Source: Eledone cirrhosa
Lineage: Eukaryota
Reading direction: 5' to 3'
NCBI GenBank assembly: GCA_964016885.1
Contig: OZ024743.1
Span: forward strand, 187,302,001-187,366,000
DNA: 64,000 nucleotides
Both the position numbers and the translations under genes were made by a program. Under the pieces are notes generated by a model. The model saw only the letters and a list, made by a program, of their open reading frames with translations, searched no databases and had not been told where the DNA came from. Shown here in pieces: positions 1-12,470 of this stretch (the first letter of the stretch is position 1; each line of letters opens with the position of its first letter).

Positions 1-1752
1 CTTTCGGCATGGCGAAGCAGTTTCTCAGCAGAAAGAGAGCTGGGTGGCCGTCAATCAAGCCTAGTCGGCTCGTGAGAGTCTGGAGCTGTTGAAGCCTGGA
101 CCTGATGGTGGAGTGGATGGCCGGCGGGTGGATCATCCTCTTTGGGAGTCACCTGAACCTGGCGGATAATGGACCGCACGTCCAAGACGGAGGCTGCAAA
201 GCTCGCAGCATTGAGGCTAACGTTCACCACCTCTGACTTGGCCGAGTTGACCTGGAGGCCGATTCCCGCCAGGGCAGGAATCACCGATTGAAGGTCTTGG
301 TAGATCGTCCGTACGGGCCCGCCCAAAGTAGCATCATCCAGATACCAAACGTTGAGAGGGACCGTGATACTCAGGGCGATGTGGTCAATACCAAGTGCGA
401 ACAGGAGGGGTCCCAAAAGGTCGCCCTTTTGGACCCCAGTAGCGGAGGGTATGACCGTATCAGCAGCTAGGAGCATGCTCGGGGCTCCATATGACAGGTA
501 GGCCAGCCAGTATGCAGAGGGGCCTCGAGCAGATGATCCCGGATTAAAGAGTTAAAGGCATTCCGCATGTCAAGCTTGACAATGAGGTGCCTGGAGTCCC
601 TGGATGCCGGTACCAAAGGGCAGCTGCTGAAGAACTGCCTGATTGCATGAGAGGCTCCCTCACAGCCAGCAGACACACCGACACCCAGTTGGACTGGACT
701 AAACTCCTCACCCAGTTCGTGTGTGACGGACTTGCAGATCACCTTGGCAGCCAGCCTCCGGAAGACATTGCCCACAGCAATGGGGCATATTCCACCCTCT
801 TTCTTCCTGAGAGCGGTGAGGCTGGCTGAAAAAAAGAGACCTCGGGCGTAAGGGTCGAGGGCACCATGAACGAGCCTATTGGTGAGCGCTACAATTGCAC
901 TCAGAAGGCGGCGCCCGGCCTCAGCGGAGAGGGGGATGTCAACTCCTTGAGGTGGTCTGGTCGGAGACCATCAACACCTCCGCAGCTGCTAGCTGGGAAG
1001 GACTTGATGGCGGACATAATATCTGCATCAGTAGCCACAAGGAGCAGGTGGGGGTCGTTTGGGCGTATGGGTCTGAGATCAGTGGGTGGCTCAGAGTGTT
1101 TGAGCCGCAGAGCAGCCAGGTCCTCGGTGAGTTGGAGGACAGTGTCCTCTGAGGGAACAACTCTGACTGCGGCCGAGACATCACCCATGATAAGCTTTGC
1201 GTTTACCTGGTCACGTAAACGCTTGGCGGTGGCCTCGGGGGTGGGGGATAGGGGGTATCTGAGGGTGGGGTGTGTGGCGTCCTTGGACACGCTTGGAATG
1301 GGCGCTCGCACAAATGATGAGACATTGGCCTTGACAAAGGCTTCTGTTGACCGGCCGCCCCGGTCAGCGCCAGAGCTGGGGAGGCCGAGGGCGAGTGGGG
1401 CGAAATAGAACAGCCACTCCCAGTCACTGGCTCGATTGGAGTCCAGGGCGCTCTCAATCGAGGAAGTGAGGGCATCGGCTACCGGCACACCTGCCGCTCT
1501 CGGGATCCTGAGTGGGATCTTCCAGAGCCGCCTGAGCCGAGCGATGTTGACCAGCGAGACTCGGGCATCAGGCAAGCTCGCTGTCCCATCTGGTGGTGTA
1601 CCAGAAAGCCGTGGCTGGGAAGACGTGGGGAAGAGGCAGCTCCTGCACCTCTACACTGCGAGGGCATTGGAAGCTCAACGAGTCAAGCCAACGCAGGTGA
1701 GGTGGTGGAAGCAGTTGCATCCCAAACAGTTCCGGCCCCTCTTCCGTACACA
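1..1752 (-). mobile_element. CRE-clade non-LTR retrotransposon, disrupted, 5'-truncated, runs off the window start
   Basis: ORF pieces 901-1575, 467-775 and 51-476 give GVDGLRPDHLK, IAVGNVFRRL, QLGVGVSAGCEG, KLDMRNAFNSL, GVQKGDLLGPLLFAL and WYLDD, the RT motif set typical of CRE-like elements. GC-rich relative to the flank. Frameshifts and stops present. Confidence 0.85.
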
Positions 1753-2598
1753 TATGTATTCATTATATATATGTTTATATATAACTATAGCCTTATATAT
1801 AAATATCTACACATACACATACTTATTATTTTGAATCAATAGCCATACTAAATCTATTATAATACATACCTTAAATAAACCACCAACTGTTAATTACTTG
1901 CATTGATGAAAATATGAATGGGAAGATGTATTAGCAACAGAAACTGTATTTCTATTGCTATGTATTTCAGTGGTGGCATCACTGTACATTTAGTGTACTT
2001 GACTACCAGTCTAACGAAGTTTAATGAGCCAGACTGAGAGCATGTATGATGTTTTTGTACCTGCTAGCAGCCAAATCTTGCTTAAATGATATCCTAGCAT
2101 CATTAAAAAATGAACACATTAAAATGTGTAGTTCTAGATAATTCCCTAACATTTTAATAGTCACTGGCATAATACATTTGATTGTAGGTCTGTTCATTCA
2201 GGCTCAACAGCTTGGATCTAAACAACACCATAACAAGAGCCACAGCAGAAAAAACAATTACAACAATAACAAGATGAGAAATAATTGTAATGAGATGGCA
2301 AATATTATGAGAGTGATGATATGCTTCTATACAATTAACCAATCTTCCTTTAGCTTAGTAAATAACAGAAATGATATATAACTTTAACTATCAAGTAATA
2401 ATTCACTTCCCCAAGAATTAGGGTATACCTGTGTGATTAAGAATGTTATTTTGCAATTAGGCGTCTTTTGACCGAATCTCACAGTGTGAAACCTTGGGTA
2501 AATCTTTTCTATTATAGTTTATGTAAACCATGTTGAAACCCATCAAGTATGTATATAATATATATATATATATATACATATATATATGTATGTATGAT

Positions 2599-2635
<37 letters not shown>

Positions 2636-2638
<3 letters not shown>

Positions 2639-4325
2639 TCATCATCATCATCGTTTAACGTCCATGTTCCACGCTTGCATGGGTTTGGACGGGAGTTTTC
2701 CCACTTGAGGCAAGAGTGGTTGTCATTGCTCGCATAGGACTGTCTGGCGGGTTTTCTACAGCTGGATGCCCTTCCTAACACCAACCACATTTACAGTGTG
2801 GGGCTGGGAGGTTTTTACCGTGTTGCCTACACGGCCACATTACAGCGTGGACTGTGTGTTTTTTTGTCGTGACACCTACACGATCTCATTTGTTTCGGCC
2901 TGGATGTTGTGGCACCAACATAACTTTATATTGAAAGGGGCAGAGTGGATGGGGTGGTGGGTGGGACGGGGGTGTATTTTGTTAGAGATGCCTACTGACT
3001 GTAGTAGGTTTTACTTTGTATTTAGGTAAGGCGGGTCTTCTCTATTACTGAGTACCGCCAAAGGTCTCGGTCCAGTGACATTGTCTTGGAGAGGTGTAAG
3101 TGTGTGAGGTCCGAATTTATCAGCTCGTCCCAGGTTTTTCTAGGTCTGCCTACTCCGTGGCTACCGTCTATCTTTATTGCCCTGCACTTTGTTATACAGC
3201 TGTCGTCTTTCATGCGCATCACGTGACCATACCAACGTAGCCTTCTCTCGAGTAAACAACATCTGATCCCTCTTATTTCTAATTTTTTCCTTAGTTCGTT
3301 TATGCTTTGCCGGTCACGTATATTACTATTACACATCCAGAGGAGCATGCAAGCTTCGTTCCTCTCTAGTCTGCGTATATCCTCTGCACACAATGCCCAG
3401 GTCTCACTGCCATGCAACATTGCTGTTCGTATGCAGGCATCATACAACCTGCCTTTCATTTTTAGGGAGAACCCTTTAGCGGCTAATAGTAGTATAAGCT
3501 CTCTGAACTTTTTCCATCCAGTTCTGACTCTAGCTACTGTACTTTCAGAGCACCCTCCCCCACTGCTGATTTTGTCACCCAGGTAACGGAAGCTGTCCAC
3601 TGTTTCTATAGAACCCTCTGCGCAATTGAAAGAACTAGTATTTGTGGGCACTTGCTGCTACTTATTGCACCAGAGCACCGGCCACATGTAAAATCTATGT
3701 TCTTAGTTAGCTTACCTGTGATCCCATTACATCTTTTATGCACCCATACTTTGCATTTGGGACATAAAATGGAGTTTCTACCTACGCCTTTCCTACACAC
3801 TGAGCATGGCCACTTCTCGGAAGGGACCGCCGCCTTATTTTCTTTCTTACAAACTAGAACTTTAGTCTTAGCCAGGTTAATTCTAGGCCGTGCTTCCATG
3901 TTTGGAATTTCTTCTCTAGCTCGGCCATTGATTCAGCTATGAGCGTTAGATCATCTGCGTATAGGAGTTCCCATGGGCAGCCGGTCTTGAACTCCTCTGT
4001 TATAGCCTGAAGGGCAATAATAAATAGTAGGGTGCTAAGAACAGAGTCCTGATGGACACCAACTTTTACGCTAAACTCTTCACTATATTCGTTGTTAATT
4101 CTAACCTTGCTGACTGTTTCTTTATACATGGCTTGTATAGCTCTCACAAGCCATTCATCAACACCTAGTTTTCTAAGAGCCCACCAGATAATGGAACGGG
4201 GGACTCTGTCGAAGGCTTTCTCCAAGTCGACAAAAGCTAAGTATAGGGGGTTTACTTTTAGCTAGGTACTTCACCTGTAGTTGTCGTACAATGAAAAGAG
4301 CATTTCATCTAGATCAATTCTCTCT
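2636..4325 (-). mobile_element. RTE-clade LINE, 5'-truncated, with (GAT)n tail and a PHD-like insert
   Basis: DLEKAFDRVPR, GVHQDSVLSTLLF, LYADD, FRYLG and RLRWYGHVMR..GRPRKTW in ORFs 3854-4225, 3606-3899 and 3022-3651. 3' UTR contains the GGATGCCCTTCCT motif at ~2764. (CAT)n at 2636-2652. Confidence 0.9.
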
Positions 4326-4338
4326 GTGATTAGTTGCG

Positions 4339-4390
<52 letters not shown>

Positions 4391-4398
<8 letters not shown>

Positions 4399-4678
4399 AG
4401 ATCAAAAGATGGTTAAAAGAGTTCCATGTATTTTATTATGCGCATTTCAAAAGCAAATATCATTATGCAATAATATTTGTTTTCATCAGATAAAATAGGA
4501 AGACATGATATGAAGGTTAAAAAACACTTGTGAATAGTGCAGTTTTAAATCAACATATGTTGATTTAAAACTGCACTATGATGAAAACACAAATATTATT
4601 GCATGATGATATTTGTTTTTGAAATGTGCATAATAAAATACATGGAACTCTTTTAACCATCCTTTGATCTTTTATATT
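4391..4678. repeat. Fold-back inverted repeat (arms 4391-4487 and 4579-4678) with a perfect internal 46-bp palindrome (4534-4579); probable Penelope pLTR remnant between (TA)n tracts
   Basis: The arms are near reverse complements. atagtgcagttttaaatcaacat|atgttgatttaaaactgcactat is a perfect palindrome. Confidence 0.85.
4429..4497 (-). ncRNA. Minimal type I hammerhead ribozyme
   Basis: Minus strand reads tattttat CTGATGA [stem II aaacaaatattatt-gcat-aatgatatttgctttt] GAAA tgcgca TA ataaaata. Stem I is 8 bp, the core is intact, stem III is palindromic and the cleavage triplet is AUA. Confidence 0.8.
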
Positions 4679-4860
4679 ATGTATACTCCAGTCCTACAAA
4701 CTGTAGAGTGCTTCTTATCCGATATCTGCATTGCTTTATTGTACTACAATAAAACTCACCTCCTACATATATATATATATATATATATATTGAGTTAAGA
4801 ACTCAGAGTAGTTTCTTACAATTAAATAGCTCTAAGAAAAAAGCTTTTCTGAGCCGTACA

Positions 4861-5419
4861 ATATAATTGAATAAACAAGAGAGATTTACTTTAATATAAA
4901 CATACATGTGTTCGAATCGTAAGGACCAAATTTGCTAGAGTGAAAAAATACTAACTACAGCAATATGGTTTGTTATCCTTAACTTTAAATATTAAATTAA
5001 GAAAAATAACAGACCTATATTGGTAAAAATGCCTGGTAACAACTAAACAGTATTGGAGACTGTTTCGCAACATCTTATTAAGTGAAGTTCTCACGTTTCT
5101 CTGCTCCTCAGTAGTTGTTGAGAAATTAGTGATCCTTTCACTTCTAAAAATATTAGAGAATGAATTGTGTGCGATATGAATTATCGCACGTGTCATTCGG
5201 AATCCAGCTTATCTCGAAATTCCCTGCCGCTATAAATAGCAGCCTGGCTGACAGGACATTAAAAATTAGCTCTACATGATGGGGCCGACAAATATATATT
5301 CAGTTAAGAACCATATTGCTGTAGTAAGTATTTTTTCCCCCTAGCAAATTTGGTCCTTACGATTCGAACACATGTATGTTTATATTCAGTGTTCATCTCT
5401 CTTGTTTATTCAATTATAT
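4861..5419. repeat. Element with ~110-bp inverted repeats (4861-4970 and 5309-5419), flanked by (TA)n
   Basis: atataattgaataaacaagagag...cagcaatatggtt is the near reverse complement of aaccatattgctg...ctctcttgtttattcaattatat. Confidence 0.85.
5038..5119 (-). ncRNA. Type I hammerhead ribozyme with a complete stem III
   Basis: Minus strand reads aacaacta CTGAGGA gca...tgc GAAA cagt-ctccaat-actg TT tagttgtt. Stem I is 8 bp, stem III is 5 bp and the triplet is GUU. Confidence 0.8.
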
Positions 5420-5498
5420 ATATATAAATCTTAAAAAATAAAACTACTGTGTTATTTTTTCCTAGACAGTAATTTTGCGAACAAATATCGTCTGCACC

Positions 5499-5663
<165 letters not shown>

Positions 5664-5699
5664 TTTCTTGAAAATAGATGTAAAATAATGATGATGGTA

Positions 5700-6290
5700 A
5701 ATAAACGACAAAAAGCACCCAGCCTGTCAGTTGGTCATTTTGGGGCCACAATAAAAAGCATCCAGCCATGCTGTAAACATGTGGTTGGCATTATAAAGGA
5801 CATACAGCTGTAGAAACCTACCCAGAAACAGTTCTGTATGAGCAAAACATGGTCATCTGATCTGACTTGTCTGACAATGGGACAACTCATCTAACCCATG
5901 GTAGCATGGAAAATGGATGTTAAATAGTGATGATGATGTGGTATGGACATGTGATGCATATGAAGGATGACAGCTGTATAAAAAGGTGTAGGGAGCTCAA
6001 AGTTGATGGAAGGTGTAGTGCAGAAAGACCTAGAAAGACTTGGGATGAGGTGATAAAAGCTGACCTTGCACAATTGCACCTTGTTGACACAGGATCGAGA
6101 TCTCTGGTGTAATGCAGTAATACAGAACACATGCCTTTCCATATGAACGGGTTGAAGCATACATCTTGTATGCACTACCTCCCCTTCCTCTTCCATACAC
6201 CTCCACTTTCTTACACCCCTCACTCTGTCCACATGCTAACACTCCACCCATGCCTGAACACACTGCCCCTAGATCTACCTCCCCAATACA
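5700..6290 (+). mobile_element. Decayed RTE LINE fragments (3' UTR with (GAT)n, then an RT C-terminus)
   Basis: WYGHVMHMKDDSCIKRC..RPRKTWDEVI (5927-6112) resembles the C-terminus of 3022-3651. Upstream sequence resembles the RTE 3' UTR. Confidence 0.7.
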
Positions 6291-6302
6291 CACACACACA
6301 CG

Positions 6303-6343
<41 letters not shown>

Positions 6344-6510
6344 GTGTGTGTGTTCAGAAGATCCCGTTAAGGGTGAAAGCAGCGATTCTTTGCTTAAACT
6401 TTAATCTGTTATTTTAATAAATATTTGCTCTACGGTTCATATATATTTGATATATATTTATCCTTATCGAGCCCTCTTTGGATTTTAGTCTTCAAATTTA
6501 TTATTATTAC

Positions 6511-6541
<31 letters not shown>

Positions 6542-7539
6542 AATTAGGAACAGAAACTTTTGCAGTATTTTTTTTACTAAAGAAATTTTAGCCTGATAGT
6601 GGGGTTAACCCCACTGCGAAAGTTTCTGTTCCCTTTGAAAAAATGTACCTGAATGAGAATATTCCAGGGAACAAAACACCAGCCTTTCAAGAACAAAAAG
6701 AAGTGGGGAGCCTGAGATTGGGGTGAATTATCAAAACCTCCTTCCTATCTAAAATACAATACATTTTAAATGCACCATGGCTGACTTTTCCATCAGCAGG
6801 AAAGACTATTATATTCCTGTCTCTAAGTCTTTTCTATAATAGTAAATAGCAGATAAAAATATAGAAATCCTATTTTGAATTGAGTATGAAAGTGTAGCAC
6901 AGTATTGAATGATGTTGATGGATGGATGCTGTCTTTACTTAATTACTTGTTATAATTGTCAGGGAGCCATAATGGATGGATTGGATGACAGCCGTGGCCT
7001 TTTAGATGGCAGGCAGAACAAGTTTGAATAAAAGCCTTCTTTTGAATTGGTTTAATAAAAGCCTTCTTTAGAATTGGTTAAAACAGCGAACATGGAACAT
7101 TTTGGCATTATCTATAGTTTTCAGAAGGGTCATCTACATTCAAATAGTTTCTTGGATGAAGTAACATATTTTGGTGGGGAAATAAATCAGACAATGGAAG
7201 ACCACGAAAAACAGCCAGTAAAACTAAGAAGTGACCATAGGATAAACTCATCAATGTTGCCAGCATTGAGAGATCACACATAAAATTGACACAGGTGATG
7301 ATCTCTAGGAACTCTGACAACAAGCTGAGAATCCCATGATGGGGCATATTCACATCGTAATGCACATGCTCATATCAACAGACAGCCACTTGAAGTTGTT
7401 GGGTTGTATTGATCACCAAGTGATAGAAATACTTTAGTGTTCTTGTATTTGTGGATTATTTAAATAACTAAATTGTTGAACGAATTTTGTCATCTATTGT
7501 TTCTACTATTTTTTCTGTGTATTATACGATTTTTAAACA

Positions 7540-8920
7540 CCCCAATGTCTCCATTTAAGATCTGTCGCTAATAAAGCATTGATCATTTATCTTCTGGGTG
7601 TATCGTTTCTCCTCAGAGCAGTGAATTAACTATGTAACTTATGTGCAACCAAACATGTATCAACAAAAGCACAAAGCCTTCATGCTTACAGTATCATTTG
7701 TATTCTAAGCATGCTCACCAGAATGAAACTTTTTTGCATATTACTTACAATTTAAGACCTCATTCAAAAATCATAAAGCATTGATATTGAAATTTCAGAA
7801 AGTAACTACACAGCAAGATAACGGGATGATTGCATTGTACATTGCATTACTGGTCACTAATGCCAGTAAGGCCCACACTATAGGAGAAACTTTAATTCGA
7901 TCTGTTATTGAAGAAGTTCCCTTAGTTGTAATGCATAAAATGCCTGATACAATTATGAAGACAATTCCACTTAGTAATAACAACTTCTCAACTTATAGGC
8001 ATCAACTTATCCATAAACTCTGGAGTAATGAATTTTTCATTCAGTTGTAGGAAGTCAATGCTTTGTGATGGTGTTTGTTCATTTTTTTAATTGAATATAT
8101 TCAACTTTGTGATGAGATGCTGTTCTCTGATCAATTGTTGCTTGACTCAAAAGGTACATCTAATTTAGATTTATTGAAGTTATTTTTGAATGAGAATAAC
8201 ATCCCATTGAACAATATTGTTACTTCTGCATCTGATGGTGTGCCTGCTCTTCTCTCCTAAAACTTGAACTTTCACATCCTGTTTTAACAATTCACTGTGT
8301 GACTCACCGGCAGCATTTCTTAGCAAAATTATCAATGGCTGGCTTAGTGATACACTGCAGTTAGTTATTAAAGCTGTGAACTAGCTAAAATCAAATTCTT
8401 TGTTTAAATGTATTTCCATCAACAACGCCTTGATAATGATGATGACTATGAGAAACTTTTGTACCATCCTGAAGTACGCTGGTTGTCAAAAAAGAACAGT
8501 GATGTCCATTTTGTTGAGCTGTTTGATGCAATAATATTTTTTTCCAAAATTTTCCACTACCCACTTCTTTGATTACTTCAAAATGCGATATTTTTTCCCT
8601 AGCAACAAATTCGCTAGCCATAAAAATTAAATTATATCCTTTATAATCAAATTTAATAAAATACACTTTTAAATGGCCAAGTTTGCTTTCATTTGTTCTT
8701 TAATACGGAATTAGCATGAGCAGTAGTTACGAAGACAGCGTTATTTGTTACCTCCCTTTGGTATTTTTTACCACATCATAAAAGGTCAGTTTACAAACCA
8801 GTAACTAATTTTTATCAAACATTTTTGGTATGCTTTTGAATATTTACTATACAGGTTGGCAGTAGAAAAGTTTTCCATGTGAAGGTGGGCGATGATGTAA
8901 TAAAGATTGGGAACTCCTAT
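7540..8920 (+). pseudogene. Decayed hAT (Buster/Charlie, ZBED5/SCAND3-like) transposase
   Basis: KAHTIGETLI, TIPLSNN, FFIQL*E, NIPLNNIVTSASDGVPA, IHCVTHRQ (CxxH) at ~8290 and PEVRWLSK at ~8470. TIR-like ttgggaactcct at ~8907. Confidence 0.8.
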
Positions 8921-9029
8921 TCTTGATATATTTCACTCTTGATAGTTATATTCCAGCACATCCACAGTTCAATGTCTGAAACCAGTAAAACTAAAATATT
9001 TAAAAAGAAAATGTATATATATATAATAA

Positions 9030-9209
9030 TTGTTTCTACTTTTGGCAGAAGGCCAGCAATTATCCCAGTGTATTACTGGTACTTGATTTTATCGACCCCG
9101 TAAGGATGAAAGGCAAAGTTAACCTCGGTGGGATTTGAACTTAGACCATAAAGGGCCATAACTCTTTGATGCAAAGCAATGCGTCCGACCCTCTACCGAT
9201 ACTGCCAAT
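9030..9209 (-). mobile_element. tRNA-derived SINE, family 1
   Basis: Reverse complement of the copies at 9576, 49377 and 58855. Has Pol III A and B boxes and the GCCTTTCATCCTTACGGGGTCGATAAAAT core. Confidence 0.88.
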
Positions 9210-9575
9210 ATAATAATGATAATAATTGGCTGAAACCCTAGCAAAGGAAATTGAACCATATCATTTCTATGTATGTAGAATAAATTTCAAGTCATATATT
9301 CATAGAAAATTAGATCATTGCATAAATAGTGAACTAAATCCAACATTAAATTTTGACACAAATAAGGTGAAATTTGAATTTCAGGGAGAAAATTAACAAA
9401 TTTAACTGACAAAACATGGACAATCTTGAAGATGACTTCAGATGGCATGGCTGAATAGTTATGTAATGCTCAACATAAACATTTTGCCGTTAAAACTTCA
9501 CCAAGCTAGTTTCAGGAAAATTATCTCAAATCTATATGAAATCAGATGAAAAGACATTTAATTATTTATCATTGG

Positions 9576-9755
9576 ATTGGCAGTATCGGTAGAGAGTCGG
9601 ACACCATGCTTTCCAGCATAGTTACATCCCTTTACGATCTGAGTTCAAATCCCGCCGAGGTTGACTTTGCCTTTCATCCTTACGGGGTCGATAAAATAAA
9701 GTACCAGTAATGCACTGGGTAATTGCTGGCCTTGTGCCTCAAGTAGAAACAATTA
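9576..9755 (+). mobile_element. tRNA-derived SINE, family 1
   Basis: A box TGGCAGTATCGG, B box GAGTTCAAATCC, shared core and 3' end gtagaaacaattat. Confidence 0.9.
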
Positions 9756-11359
9756 TTTACTTATGTACTCACGTAATGATGGTAAATATATTTATCTTAT
9801 ACTTGTATAGAAAAGGAAAGTAAAATAAACTTAGATATATAGAAAACTGCTAATTTCTAAATACAGATTTTTTTATGTGAAGCAGTGAACCAAGGATAGG
9901 CTGGTGTTTTTCACATATGGCAATATAAAAAATGAACCACACTCTAGCATCTTTAAAAAATTGAAGGACATAATAAATAAGGCAGTCATGAATACAACAG
10001 GCTTAAAGTAAAACAAGTTATGTTAGTCACAACCAGAATACCTTTCATTATAAAGCTACTACTTCAGAGCAGATCTGTGACTAAACAGTAGCAGCAGCAA
10101 TGGCTTAATAAATATGACCAGCCTAGCCAACTATTCTCAATTTAGAACTAAATATCATTATTTCCCTTAATGATGAAATCTGCCAAATTATGACAAAATT
10201 GTGTGGTGCAAAATTACACTAATGGCAAAAACATAACCTTTGGAAAGAAACAAAAAAAAAAAGGAAAGAAAAAAGCAAAGGAAAAGATGTGAAAAAAACC
10301 CTTTAAAAAGGGTGGGAGTATAATAGAAATAGTAATAACAAACTTTTCATCCTTGATTTTTATTCTAATATATTTTTTTAATTCAGTATTGATACTGAAA
10401 TAGGTTAATGGTAAAAACTTGTGAATCATTCAGAGATAAAAGCAATAAAGACTAAGGGTTATTAATTCTGTTTAAGCTGTATAAAATTAGAAGCCATGCA
10501 ATGAAGAAACAAAATAGAACTAATATTCTAGTTTCTAAGCAAAGATATTTATTGATTCAGAGTAGGCAATGTACATGTCTCTCTGTGTGTATGTGTATGG
10601 GTGGGAGAATAAATGAAACTAGCATTTTATATCAATATATATGTATAGGGTAAATATAATAGCGAAAGAGAGAAGGAGGGGCAACAGGATAACTAATTTA
10701 GAACAATAAATGTATGACAGTGTAGTTTATAAAATACCAATGAGATACAAAATTAAAAAAAAACAAAAAACAAATACAAGACAATACATTAACAACAACA
10801 AATTACCAGAGAATTTATATAAACCAATAAATAGTGAAAAAGTCAATGTAAATGGGTGATCATAGGTGTGCTAATGTTTTGCAACACTTTTAGGATGCCA
10901 TTTGTTTTGGTCCAGTGTGATTGTAGTAATTTACTAAAGCAATTCACTCTGGCTTTAAAGGTTGATCTAAAAGTCTTAATTTCTTATTTATTGATCTCTG
11001 CTAGTGTTGTTGCTGTTATATGCTACTTTATTCATTGCCTACTATTATAGTTATAGCTCTCATAGTTTACTGTTCCCATTGTAGTAGTTATAGTTCCAAT
11101 TAGTGACCAAATTTATACTGCCTATAGTCTCCTTGGCTGACCAACATATATACAAACTATTGATTTATTTATTGACCACTTCAGTATTTTGTCGCCGTTG
11201 CCATCATCATCATCAGCAGCAGCTACAGAAGCAGCAGAAGTAGCATTGTTAAGAACATCAATTTCTTCACCATCTGTTCCACTTCAACATGGTAGCTTTC
11301 TTCTTCCTATCTCCATCTGTGTCTATGCTGTACCACCATCGGTTCTGATGGTGAGTGTT

Positions 11360-11650
11360 CCAGTTGTTTGAACAATGGAACAGCCTTCTCATGAAATTAA
11401 TGTGCAAGTGACTAAACATTCCATATATAAATACCTTAAAGGTAGTTCTCAGGGAAATTCAGCATGACACTGTGTGTGTGTGAGAAGGCTGGCTCTTTGA
11501 ATTACAGATACAAATCATTTTTGTCAGCCGAGTGGACTGGAGCAACGTGAAATAAAATTTCTTGCTGAAGGATACAGCACACCATTGGTGATTGAACTAA
11601 TGGTCTTAAGACCCCGAATGAAACAACCTAATGACTAAACCATGTCCATT
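11360..11650 (-). mobile_element. Decayed second SINE family (CORE/V-like central domain); a related + strand copy lies at ~12755-12990
   Basis: tRNA-like head on - strand (ggtttagtc...agttcaatc) followed by a tcc..agcaaga..tttatttcac central motif. Confidence 0.5.
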
Positions 11651-12089
11651 GACTAATGGATTCCAAGATTGATGTTCAGTGTCCCTTTTTGGTAATGCAT
11701 TTGTTGTTTACAAATATTTTGTAAATTTCATATAAGTGCATTGTTGGTTTGTATTTAGTTGTTCTTTTGATATCATAGTAAAAGAACTTTTAAATATTTT
11801 CTGCTGGTTTTGGTTAACCTCAGGTCATCTGATTGAGCAAACTTAACATATCTGTCATGGTCTTTCTTACTGTTGTCTTTTGCATATATACTATACTGCA
11901 GATTAAACTATTCGATATATTTTCCCTTTTTAATATTACAATGTGTGATTTGAGGGAATTGGGTTGCTACTTCTTGCAGGCTGATTGAACATTTAAAGCA
12001 GAGGTAAGTAACCTCCTTCTCACAAGTGAAATTTCACCCACATACAAAATTGAAACTATTCACTAATAAAGTCCTAATGATATCCTTTT

Positions 12090-12470
12090 TTTTCTATCAT
12101 TGGCACGAAACTGGAAATTTGGAAGAAGGGGAAAATCGGTTATAATGACCCCAGTTCTTAACTGGTACTTTGACCCCGGAAGGATAAAAGGCAAAGTTGA
12201 TCTCAGCAGGATTTGAACTCAAAACATAGAAAGCCATAACAAAATAATTGTTTCTACATTTGCCACAAGGCTAGCAATTTGAAGGAAAAGAGAAAGTCAA
12301 TTAAATTGACCGTAATGCATTTACTGGCACTATATTTTAATCAAACCTGTAAGGATGAAAGGCAAAGCTAACCTTGGTTGAATTTGAACTCAGAATGTAA
12401 AAGGCCTAAAATTATATGCTACAAAGCATGTTGTTTGATGCTGTACCAATACTACCAACCCACTACCCTT
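12090..12470 (-). mobile_element. Two tandem decayed SINE family 1 relatives; further remnants at ~14780-15000 and ~15630-15740
   Basis: Repeated ggat(g/a)aaaggcaaag..atttgaactc motif. Confidence 0.7.

Noticed and set aside
5240-5305. Additional + strand hammerhead (ggctgacagg..ggccgacaaatatatattcag)
   Set aside because: Both the CUGANGA and GAAA cores are broken; at best a fossil.
9576-9660. tRNA gene
   Set aside because: A and B boxes are present but there is no cloverleaf; it is a multi-copy SINE head.
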